NCBI GenBank assembly: GCA_025201805.1
Contig: MU619330.1
Span: forward strand, 51,622-85,063
DNA length: 33,442 nt
Direction of reading: 5' to 3'
DNA from: Parasitella parasitica NRRL 2501
Lineage: Eukaryota > Fungi > Mucoromycota
The notes beneath the pieces were generated by a model. That model was not told the origin of the DNA. It was given only the letters and a program-made list of their open reading frames with translations, and ran no database searches. The position numbers and the translations under genes are program-made. Below are positions 8,747 to 20,242 of the stretch, piece after piece (within the stretch, counting starts at the first letter, position 1; every line of letters starts with the position of its first letter).

Positions 8747-11175
8747 ATGAAAAGTTGGACTGGAAATGTAAAATAAGAAATGATGCTTGAAGTAACGGAA
8801 TGAGAGGGTTTAAAATATATTCTTTTGATTGCTAGAATTCTCCAGCTGGAAGCCATTCACCGACATCCGCTAATTCACCACTGCAGCAGCCTATTATATT
8901 TGTACCTGCGCAACAGCAACAACAACAACAACAGCAGCAGCAGCAGCAGCAGCAGCCATCATCGCAGTCCAGCTCTCCTCAACAGGTAGTGTTCATTTTT
9001 GCGTCATAATCTCTCCCATTTATTCATACTGTAAAAGCTTCGCTCTCCCAATTCTTTACATAAATCCACCGGTGAACGAGATATGCCTAAAGCAGGACCT
9101 ATCAACCGCTTGAAAAATGCAACAAGAGATCAAATTCCTGTTAGCAAATCACCTAGACGTCAAAAATCATCTCGATTCTATGCAAAAGAAAAAATTCAAT
9201 TGGAAAGAACGCCAGGTTTTCATGGTAAGTCATCATCTATCATCGCTTCACGGTTCCCGGGACTTGAACGTTTTAAACTAGAAATACCGCCTCACCTGAG
9301 AAATGATTTGTTTATCCAAAAGCTGCGTCAATGTATGGTTATCTGCGACTTCTCAGATCCTTCATCTGAGCTGAACGAGAAAGAAATCAAACGACAAACA
9401 CTCCAAGAAATTCTGGAATACGTTGGGAATAACTTGGGTGTTTTGACATCTGAAGCGCCGTACTCTGAAATAATAAAACTATTTGCCATCAACCTGTTTC
9501 GGACTATTCCGCCTCAAGTGAATCCAACAGGTGATGCCTATGACCCAGAAGAAGACGAACCCGTATTGGAACTGGCATGGCCTCATTTGCAGATCGTGTA
9601 CGAGTTCTTTTTGAGATTCTTAGAATCGCCCGATTTCAACATTAATTTTGCAAAACGATACATTGATCAAAAGTTTATCTTGCAGGTAGGAGTATTTGGT
9701 ATTGGGCGTCATTTGGTTAGGTTTTTAACTGCTTATTAGTTACTCGAGCTGTTTGACAGTGAAGATCCACGGGAACGAGATTTCCTCAAAACAACACTGC
9801 ATCGCATTTATGGCAAATTCCTGAATTTGCGTGCATTTATTCGCAGATCTATCAACAATATATTTTTCCAATTTATCTATGAAACAGAACGACACAACGG
9901 CATTGCCGAACTACTCGAGATTCTGGGTAGTATTATTAATGGATTTGCATTACCTTTGAAGGAGGAGCACAAGCTATTTCTTAGACGTGTCTTGATCCCA
10001 TTACACAAGGTGAAATCCTTGGCCGTGTATCACCCTCAACTGGCCTATTGCGTAGTCCAGTTTTTGGAAAAGAGCCACACATTAGCACAGGAAGTTGTGA
10101 ATGGACTATTGAGGTATTGGCCCAAGGTCAACAGCCCCAAGGAAGTCATGTTCTTGAATGAACTGGAAGAGGTATTGGATGTCACAGAAAATGCAGAGTT
10201 TCAGCAATTTATGGTTCCTCTATTCACAAAACTGGGACAATGTGTATCCAGCACACACTTCCAAGTGGCTGAAAGAGCGCTTTATTTTTGGAATAATGAA
10301 TATGTTGTTAATCTGATGGCTGAAAACATGAATGTGCTTATGCCCATAATATTTCCTACGCTGTACAAGACTTCAAAGACACATTGGAACAAGACAATTC
10401 TCGGTTTAGTCTATAATGCCCTGAAATTATGTATGGATATCAGCCCCGAATTATTCGATGAGTGTGCTAATCAGTACAAACAACAACGGCAAATGTAAGT
10501 TTGTCCCATCCTACAAGTGAAATAAGTGCTGACTACAAGCCAATTTAGCGAAAGAAAAAGACAGAGGGATAGAGAAGAGAACTGGAAGACTTTACAGCGC
10601 AAAGTCTCTGGAACAAGTGCAGTTGCCATCACAACCTCTGCTGATGATGATTTTTACAGCTTTTCCTTCCCTCCGAGACCAAACTTTGGTCAAGATGATG
10701 AGGAAGATGATGATGAAGACGCATACGAAGACGAAGATCATGATCATCAGATACAAGATTTTGACATCATGACTGACGAAGAAACAGATGCTGAAGTGGA
10801 TCAAAGTAACAGCCAGCAGCATGAAGAGCATGATGTTATTCATCCTGATATGGTATGTCTGTTCAGATCCCTATATATCTTAACATGCAAGTTTAACTTA
10901 AGTGTGATATATCATAGCAACAATTCAACCCAGGTCCCCAACAGCAATTCCAACAATTTAGACGTAAATCTATTATACCCGTCGATGAAACTGTAAGTGA
11001 CAGAAATAGAGAGGATCTTTCAAGTCTTGGGCATTGTGTACTCAACCTCAAACTTTAGGTTTTCAATGAATTATCTCGCCACATTAGTTTAGATGAAGTG
11101 ATGAACCAAGCTCCGGGAGCAGCTTCGTCTTCATCAGCAGCAAGTAGCCCTATAGATAACAACAATAATTTTTAG
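8747..11175 (+). CDS. RTS1: Protein phosphatase 2A regulatory subunit B' (B56 family, Rts1/Par1-like), multi-exon
   Basis: B56 motifs [102 protein letters not shown] and C-terminal RRKSIIP. The first exon (ATG 8747) is inferred from splice phase. Confidence 0.95.
8911..8955 (+). repeat. CAA/CAG repeat encoding Q15 in the PP2A B56 N-terminus
   Basis: 15 consecutive CAA/CAG codons in the frame of predicted exon 2. Confidence 0.9.
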
Positions 11176-11656
11176 ACTGGTCAATTACAAGGACATTTCT
11201 CTCTCTTTTTTTTTTATTTTTATTTTTTATTTTTTTGTTATACACATAGAGTTAATCGAGCTATTTACCATTCTTTAATGAAAAAAAAAATTGTCGCTCA
11301 TACATTTGTTGCAACAAATTCGAGCACTTTTCATCTTTTGCATAAACTACAACTGTCGAGCTATGGCTGTCAAAGTACGTCCGTTGGCTAAAAGCTTATA
11401 AATAAAGACAGCATCCTATCTTGAAAGTTGCATTAAATTAATCAAATTTACCACTGTGGGTTCGTTTTTTGAAATGTACGATCCTCGTAACTTGGTTGCA
11501 ACTTTTACTATTTTCGTTTGCTGCACAGTGCATGGTAATACACAAAAACGCGCGGACAAGAGAGGGCTTACGTGTCCCCCAAACTGATTTGAAATTTGAG
11601 TTATAAACAATTTTGTTTGAGCAGGATTTATCAGTTCTTTAATATAAACGAAACAA

Positions 11657-14600
11657 ATGAGCAACGAAATTCAATTACTCGGTAAGCTAAACAGAAAATG
11701 AAAAAGAAGCCCCCCAAAATGACCCAACTGTTAATGTAGAAAATGTTCAGTTCAAGCTCGCAATCTGTAATACAGATGAAGATTTAGAAAAGACGATAAA
11801 GACCTTTCTCCCACCCGTTTTACTCAAACTAGCCAGCACCAGTACCGAAACTAAAGGCAAAGTAGTTGAAATCCTTTCCCATATCAGTAAAAGAGTAAAG
11901 ACCAACGACAATGTCAAATTGCCCTTCGATACGCTTTTATCGCAATTCACAAATCCATCTGTGCCCACATCGGTAAAGAATGTCACTTTAATATATCTGG
12001 GGATGGCTGCAAGTCGTTTATCTCCAGAGGAAACTGCTCACCATGTGCCTGAATTGTTGAGAAACATTAGTAAAAGACCTAATCAACAAAGGATTCCATT
12101 ACTCCACATCGTATTGCCTGTAAGTGCTGATTAGGAAAGAAGGATGTTTCGAGCACACTGTAGCGACATACTCACGTATTATATAGGTTTTGATTAAATG
12201 GAAAATGGATCATGGAAAGCAATTAACAGCAAGAACCACCATGTTTCATTTCGATGAGAATCCCGACGATATTCCAGTTATTTTGGGCTTCTTTTTAGAT
12301 GTCATGTTGTATCAACCTTTGACAGCCAGAGAAATTGAAGAGCAACAAGAAGAAAATACCGTACCAAAATATCCTGGATTAAGCCCCTTGGCAGTAGAGG
12401 AGGTCACCAACAATGGGAAAGTTCAGTGGACAACTTCCAAACTGAAAGATGCAAAGTTAGGCATCATGAACCTGATCTTGACCCCAATTTTTACAGATAG
12501 CGAGAGATTACCCTTACTGATCGCGGGTGTATGTGATCCCAATCATCAGGTTGTCTCTGCCTGCGAAGATGGCATGCGTAGATGGACGGGAAATGTGAAT
12601 TACGAGGATGATACAACTATAAAATCCTTGTATAAGTTGTATTTGGGCTCTAAACCTATAGACAAAGAAGCAAATAAGGACGATAGATCTCAGGCACCAA
12701 ATCCTATCAAATTGCGTATTCTACAATATTTGGCAAAATCAATTACTGCTACAAACATGGTAGCACCCATGATCCAGGTTATTTTTGATGGTATCTATGG
12801 TGAATCGACAACTGCCAAGTTGCAAAGATCAGCCATGTCATTTTTGCAATGGTGTGCTCGGATGGTAAGCGAATTAGGGGCAGTAACTATGGTACATGTG
12901 TTTATACTGAAGCATGGTGTGTAGAGCAAAGAATCAAGCATAGGTCCCGTCGCACCTATCATTATTTCTGGTTTGCTAAAGTTCATAAATGAGAACGAAG
13001 AAACTCAAGGTTATGATGCAGAAAGTATCAAGGGGTATGCCTATATTGCCTGTGGCCTTGTAGCCAAAAAGGTCCCTAAAGTGGGATTAGAGGACACCCA
13101 CATGCTCTCTCTCTTTTTCGACAATTTAGAGCAAGAACAAAAGAATGTTCGTACTTATGTTCAGGATGCGCTTTCCTCCATGATTGAAATCTATGTGGAT
13201 ATTGCGCCGGAAGCACCTATATACAACGATTTGCAACAAATTATATTGAAAGCAGTTCAAAAGAGCGATTCGTATTCTCGTTACATGGCACTGAAATATG
13301 CTAATGCCATTTACCCATTTTCATCTGTATTTGCTCGCTATGTGTGTTTACTAGGCAGCTCTAATGCTGTTGTCAAGCTTGATGTGAAGGAAGAGGCTCG
13401 CCGTGGTTTAATTCCTTTTATGCGTAACAAGTATGGCCTTGTAGAAAACGTAGATGTGATTTCTGCCTCAGAGCTACCAAAATTGAACGAGTTGATCACC
13501 TATATCCATGATCACCGACCCGACGAAAACTATACGCTGCTGTCTAAAACACCGGTTGTGAAAGGATATCCTGTAGAAGTCTACTCTGAAATATTGCGCT
13601 TCTTGCGTATGGTTTGGATCCTGCAAGTGAACCCTACCAACATTTTAATAGATCAGTACGTCGCTGATAAGGTGGAAAACAGCATGTCTGAGGATCCTGT
13701 CACCATGTTAAATTTCAAGAAAAGCGTTACAGAGATGTGGTCAGATAATGACGACAAACAAGTGCTTCAATACTGGCTTGAGTTTGTTGAAAGTGGGTTG
13801 AATCCTGAATTAAAAGGTACTTTCAAACTACTGGCATATTCGTACTTGTTTCGCTAATAATAAGAGGCCTATAGATTCTCTCCTGCTCGCGACATCTGCT
13901 AAATGTTTGTTGGAGATCATTTCGCTTGGCCCGTCTTCTATTACAACTACTTTTAAAGATAGACTCTCATTTTTCAAATCGCTGTCGCTCTCAGATAAAC
14001 TTGATGCCCGCATCTTAGTGTCCCATATATTTGGTATCATTGCTAGTAATGATAGCGTACCGCAAACAGAGATTGAAATCATGTTGTCCGAATTCTGTGA
14101 CATCTTAGAGGCTCCTGAGGGCAAACAACAGCAGGCCATGGACCATCGTCATGGTGCTACGCTTTCCATCGGTTATTTAGTGGGTCGCTGCCATTATCGA
14201 AAACGCGACTTACCCCAGGCACTCAAGCAGCGCTGTGCCTCCAATCTTGTGCCTCTTTTGGAAGGCCCAGCTAGTTCACCTTTTTACATGATGGCCAATG
14301 CTGCGTGTCAAGCTATTGCCGAAATCGGTCGCTCCCAGTTGCTGCCCTTCCCTACTGAAAAGAGCGTTGATGACTCCATGGACGTTGGTACCACCATCGA
14401 GGATGTCATTGAAAAATTGACTAAATTAGCAAATACGTGCAAAGAAGCCAAAGTTCAAGAAAAGGCCACGCTTGCTTTGGGCCACCTTACTATTCCTCTT
14501 GTGCAGCAAAACCATACTGCACTCGTCCAAAAGATTGTTGATGCTCTTTACACTACTGCTGATACCAAACAAGTTGAACTAGCATTTGCCAGCGGCGAAG

Positions 14601-17600
14601 CGTGGTCTGTTTTGGCATTTGGTTGGAACTCCCAGTCGATGCAAAAGTATAAGGATATGAGTGACATGCCCATGCTGCAAGATCGAGACCTTAATGAAAG
14701 CTGCTATGCGTTCCAATCCGTAATTGATAAGATGATCCGCACATTTGTCACAAGCAATCGCTCATGGTATCGCAAAGCTGCCTGTATATGGTTGCTTTCC
14801 ATACTCAAGTTTGGTAAAGACCAAAAACTTGTCAAGACCAATCTGGGCAACATGCATGCCTCCTTTTCTCGCCTCTTGGCTGATCAAGATGACTTTACTC
14901 AAGAATGTGCTTCCAAAGGTCTTGGTTTAGTCTATGAGTACGGCGATGTCAAGATTAAAGAGGACATGTTGTACGCGTTGGTTGGCACTTTCACTGAGGG
15001 CCGACAAATCCAAGCACAGTCCGTCACCGATAACACTGTCTTGTTTGAAGAAGGTGCTTTGGGGGAAACGCCCGATGGCAACTCCATCACCACCTACAAA
15101 GAGCTGTGCTCATTAGCATCTGAACTCAACCAGCCAGACTTGATATACAAATTCATGAACCTCGCCAACCACAATGCCATGTGGACATCACGCCGTGGTG
15201 CAGCATTTGGATTCCAAAATCTGATGGCATTAGCAGAAAAGGAAATGGAGCCCTATCTACCTCGTTTGGTCCCCAAACTCTACAGATATCAGTTCGATCC
15301 CAACCCTCGCGTCAACCAGACTATGAAAGCTATCTGGAAATCTCTGGTCAAGGATAATCAAAAGACGGTAGACACTTACTTTAACGAAATTATGAAAGAT
15401 CTGTTGACTGGGCTTGGCAATCGTCAGTGGCGTATCCGCGAGGCCTCTTGCGCTGCAATCACTGATTTAGTTATGGGCCGTCAGTTGGCTCAAATCGAAC
15501 CTTACCTTGAACAGCTGTGGCAAATGTGTTTCCGCGCCCTGGATGATATCAAGGACTCTGTTCGCCAAGCGGCCACTGCAACCTGCCGTTCATTGACAAA
15601 GCTAACTGTACATTATTGTGATCCTACCATGGTGGCTATGGCTGATGGCGTAAAGGTCATGGATATTGTGATGCCTTTCTTGCTTCAAAAGGGTATTGTC
15701 TCTGATGCTGAAGATGTGCGCAAATTTAGTTTGGATGCTGTATTGCGTGTATGCAAAACCGGCGCTGCATTGCTAAAGAAATATGTTCCTGAACTCGTTG
15801 ATACACTGCTGCAGTCTCTATCATGTAAGACTCGTTATTGTCAGTGTATTGACATTGCTCGCTAACAAATATATTTTATAGCTCTGGAACCGCAATCTAT
15901 GAATTACCTCAGTTTCCACGTAGACAAGTACAATATCTCCCAAGAGCAACTGGATAATGCACGTTTGAGTGGCGCTAAAAACTCGCCCATGATGGAAGGA
16001 ATCGAACATTGCGTTACTCAAATTGATGAGCAGGTAATGGAAGAACTGACTCCTCGAATCCTCCATATTGTAAGAAAGGGTACTGGCCTTCCCACCAAGG
16101 TATTTAAATTTGCGCATTATTCTTTCTGTTTATTGATCGTGATAAATTTCTAGGCTGGCTGTGCGCGATTTATTGTCACGTTGGTGATGAACCGTAGATC
16201 TGCATTCGAGCCGTTTGCTGATGCTTATTTGAAGGCGCTGAGTGGCACTATCCGTTCGAAGAACCCTGTCATCCGAAAATCGTATGCCACTGCTATCGGC
16301 TATGTTTGCCAATTAGCTACCTACGATCGGCTGGTCTCTGTTGTCAAGCATTTAAAGAAGCTCTATATTGATGAAGAAGGTAAATTTTTACCGAAATACT
16401 AGAACTACGGCGCTGCTTAACACCATATTTAAAATCTGTGTAGACGAAGATGGCAAGGCTGGCAGTGCTGTAACAGCCGTTGAAATTACGCGGTTTGCTA
16501 CAGACCGAGCCAACTCAATTGCGACAGCCATTGTGCCTCTCATCTTTTTTGGTGAACATGATCCTGAAAAAGGTCTGAGCAAATTATGGAAAATGGCATG
16601 GGAGAATCTTACTTCTGGTACTCGCAGCATGGTCACCATGTATGCTAATGAGATTTTGGAGTTTGTCCATCCTTTATTGACATCCCCGTCTTGGAAGATC
16701 AAACAAACTGCTGCCCTTACTATCGCCGACATGTGCAAGACTGCTGGCAAGGGTGTACAAGTGCATGCCCGGAAACTGCTGCCTGTACTAGTTTCTACTT
16801 TGGCAACTCGTTCTTGGGCAGGCAAAGAGAATGTGTTGGATGCATTTGTCCAGCTCTGTATTTCGGTCAAGGAATCGTTTGGTCACCCTGAAACAGAACT
16901 CTCACTTGCAGAGGTTACCAAGATTATGGTCCGAGAGGCTAAGCGTAAAAACAGAGCTTACCAACGCCACGCGTTGGTTTCTTTGATCAGCTTCAATGAC
17001 TGTTTTGCTGAAAAGGTGGATGTGCTCCAAAGCGAGCAGGAATTTTTGACCGAATTATGCGAAATGGATGAAGCAGAGGCAATGGAAGACGAAGATCATG
17101 ACAATGCAAAGCCTTTGCTGCTTATGATCAAGGCCAATGCATTCAAAGCAATCGCATCAGCTTATAGACCCAAGATATTCGTTAATCAAGAAGCTCAAAC
17201 AGCACCTCTCGCAGAGATGATCACAAACTGCGTTCGAGGAAACGTTTGGAATGTGCAATTATCAATTCTGCAGAGTCTCAGAACATTTGTGGAACATGCA
17301 ACCTCGTCCGGATTGCTTAATGAAACGGTGATGGGCGCTTTATTGAAAGCTGCATTTGATTCTTTAGACGATTTAAAGTACTCGGCTATTCGATCAGCTG
17401 CCGTTGACCTTTTAGAGCAACTGGTGTCAAGCGGATCAGGTAAATATAAACGTAGACCAGAGAAGGGCCTTTTCATGTATTTTATACTCACATATACTCA
17501 TAGTCCAAGCAAACGCAAAGATTGTATTTGCACAAGGTGTTTCTAAATGTGTGCAGCAGGAACCTATCGCTTTGATTAAAGATAGATTACAGAAACTCTC

Positions 17601-17613
17601 TTCGAAACTATAA
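11657..17613 (+). CDS. ECM29: Proteasome adaptor/stabiliser Ecm29 (HEAT repeats), 9 exons
   Basis: N-terminus FLPPVLLKLAS...VVEILSHISKRVK; TYKELCSLASELNQPDLIYKFMNLANHNAMWTSRRGAAFGF; LVPKLYRYQFDPNPRV; WRIREASC; LSSLEPQSMNYLS. ORF fragments join over 8 short GT-AG introns. Confidence 0.95.
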
Positions 17614-17666
17614 TTTTTAATAAAAAGAGTATATAAAGAGTAAATAAATTTGTGATAACATGTAAA

Positions 17667-18545
17667 TTAAAAGTCATAATCTAGCTCCCCTTCCGAACTC
17701 TATCTCTAATGATTAGTACTTTTTCATCAATAGATTTGCTGCGAATTGTTACTTACATCTTCATCTGGCCTGTAATACCACATGTGCATCGAAGAATATG
17801 TTAGTATCAGTTAGGATGATTTGTTCATGTAGCCCTACATTTCGCCCAGCATTAATTGAAGTTCACGAGCTCTTTCTTTCAATAGCGACTTTGATTCTAC
17901 CAATTGCCGCAAGTGCTCAACCGCTGTTACATGTAGGTTATAATGTAAACATTGAGCCTTTTAGATATACTTGTATCCATTTGTGACAAAAAATACTCAC
18001 ATTTTTGTAATATCAATGCCTCACTTTTATGCCCACTGCTTAACGTAGGCACTACAGCTACTAATTTTTCGAATCCTATACGGATATTTGCTCTCCTTTT
18101 CTGTTCCGAAGCAATGTGATTAGCTCTCTTTTGATCGTCGCTCAACAGTTCCACTGCCTTCTTTTTACTAATAGCTTTTGATTTCGGTCCAAGTCGTAGT
18201 TCATCTGATGTGGCTGAAGACGGTGACGACTGAGGTGAATTTTGTCGATGTTTCTGTGTATCATTAAGCTTTTTTGACTCCTTTTTATTGCCATTGCAAG
18301 TAGGGGGAATAATTAAGGCATTGATCTGTATGCCACCAGTTGTAGTTGTGTTGAAAGCAGTTGATGGTGCACTAAAAGGAGAAGCAGGTACAGACGGTGA
18401 TCCTATATGCATAATTATTTCCATTTAAGGTATAATACCAATTTGTCATTAGAATATGACAAGATGTAGAATAGCATCTGTAAGCTTATATACCTTCATA
18501 ATCTTCAAACCCGTCAAGAAATTGGTGTAATTGATTTCGTTCCAT
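17667..18545 (-). CDS. bHLH-zip transcription factor (Mlx/Ino4-like), 5 exons
   Basis: KRANHIASEQKRRANIRIGFEKLVAVVPTL...SEALILQKSVEHLRQLVESKSLLKERARELQ. ATG at 18545; ends MPDEDSSEGELDYDF* via a 13-nt micro-exon (17757-17769). Confidence 0.88.
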
Positions 18546-19375
18546 TTCTGAGAAAAGCGAAGTGTCTTCACGTATTGTAGTTTGATTCAATTGAATAGGC
18601 ATTAAAAGTAAATCTTCTTTGCACAACAATGAACATTTAAACGCTTTATTCACTTACTAGAAGTTCCCATCTTTATGATTTATCAGCAGTATCAATGTAG
18701 CAACGTGTATATATGTAGAGATCAATGAAATCAGAAACACAAAGCGGATACTAAGAGAAGGAGAGGGAATGGGAAGAGAAAGATAAAAAAAAAACTTTTT
18801 GATCACAAAACGTGGGGGATAAATACTAAATAAATGATATACTATCATATTGTAACATGAGAATCAGTTACACCAGTGAAATCATATTTGACTTACATTT
18901 GATACTTTAATCTCGGCTTGCATTGAATGTTAGGTTCTTACACTCGGTATTAACCAATCTCGAATTTTGGAGGTAATTGAAAAGATACTGTCTCTCCATG
19001 TATATGATAACCCAAATCATGATTGCATATGCCGAAGTAAAATACTCAACAATAGCTTTTAATTTAGATACTAAATTTAAGTATTCTAATTGGTGTGAGA
19101 AAAGAATATGGCTAATTCAGTCAGTAGGTAGCATGTCTTGCATCATTCAAGCATATTTCTAGCTGCCACTTTCAAATTACCAAGGGCTCTAGGGTATTAC
19201 TTGCTTATTTATTAATGGAAGCAACAATTTCAATAGGCTTGATCATGCATGGATGGTGATCTGTTGAATGCCGTACGAGTCACGACCCATTCACTTTGGT
19301 TGGCGCGAATTATTGTTTTCTTCAATGTTCTTTTTTTCTCGAAAGCTTTCTTGCTTGATAGTCTAGAAACCTACA

Positions 19376-20187
19376 ATGTATCTGGCCTTAACTATCTTTT
19401 TATTAGTCTTGGTGACCGAGTCTATCCTATTTTTGGGCTATTCATACATTACATCTCTCGTAAGTTCAAGTATTCTTTTTGATAGACATTGTCTCATCAA
19501 ATGTATCCTACAAACAGACATATGATCTCTACGTAAAAATCACCAAAGATGCTCGAGTTGTCAAGCAGCAGAAAATGAAGCGAGACACTTTTAAATTGAA
19601 GACTGAATTATCAAAGACGAGCTCTCAAGTAAAGACGGGATAGGAGGAGATTTTTTTTTTTTTTATTATTATTATTATTTAACAAAAACATTAGGACGAA
19701 TTTGCCAAATGGGCAAAATTGCGTAGAAAATTAGATAAATCTGTTGCTGATCTTGAGAAAATGAGTAAGTTTCGATAGTTGAGGTGCAGCTACAGCATAG
19801 TTATTAAGCAATAAGTTGAATAGATGCTGACATTGCATATTCAAAAACTGCTTTTGAGCTCAAGGTCAAATCTGCTCTTTGGTTTTTGGTGCATGGATCA
19901 CAGTTGGTGATGATAATGTGGTTTAGAAAGAGTGCTGTATTTTATCTGCCTCCTGGGTGGTTTGGGCCTGCTCAACGCTTCTTGTCATGGCCATTTGCAC
20001 CTGCAGGTAAAAGAATCTTAAACTAATATAATCCTCGATAGAAAATGTTGACATTTGGGGCAAAATAGGTTCAGTCAGTGTGGCCATTTGGTTCGCTGCT
20101 TGCAGACGTATGATTAAAGCCTTGGCTCTTACAGCGAATGACTTTGTCTTTACTCCAGCTGCTGAAAAGAAGGTGGCAGCTGCTTAG
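19376..20187 (+). CDS. GET1: Tail-anchored protein insertion receptor Get1/WRB, 5 exons; absent from the ORF track
   Basis: Spliced product MYLALTIFLLVLVTES...TSSQ|DEFAKWAKLRRKLDK...WFRKSAVFYLPPGWFGP...SWPFAPAG|SVSVAIWF, containing the Get1 signature. Confidence 0.93.
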
Positions 20188-20242
20188 ATGTGTATATATA
20201 AACTTTGAATAAAATTAGCTAAAATTGCATGTAGTATTTTAT

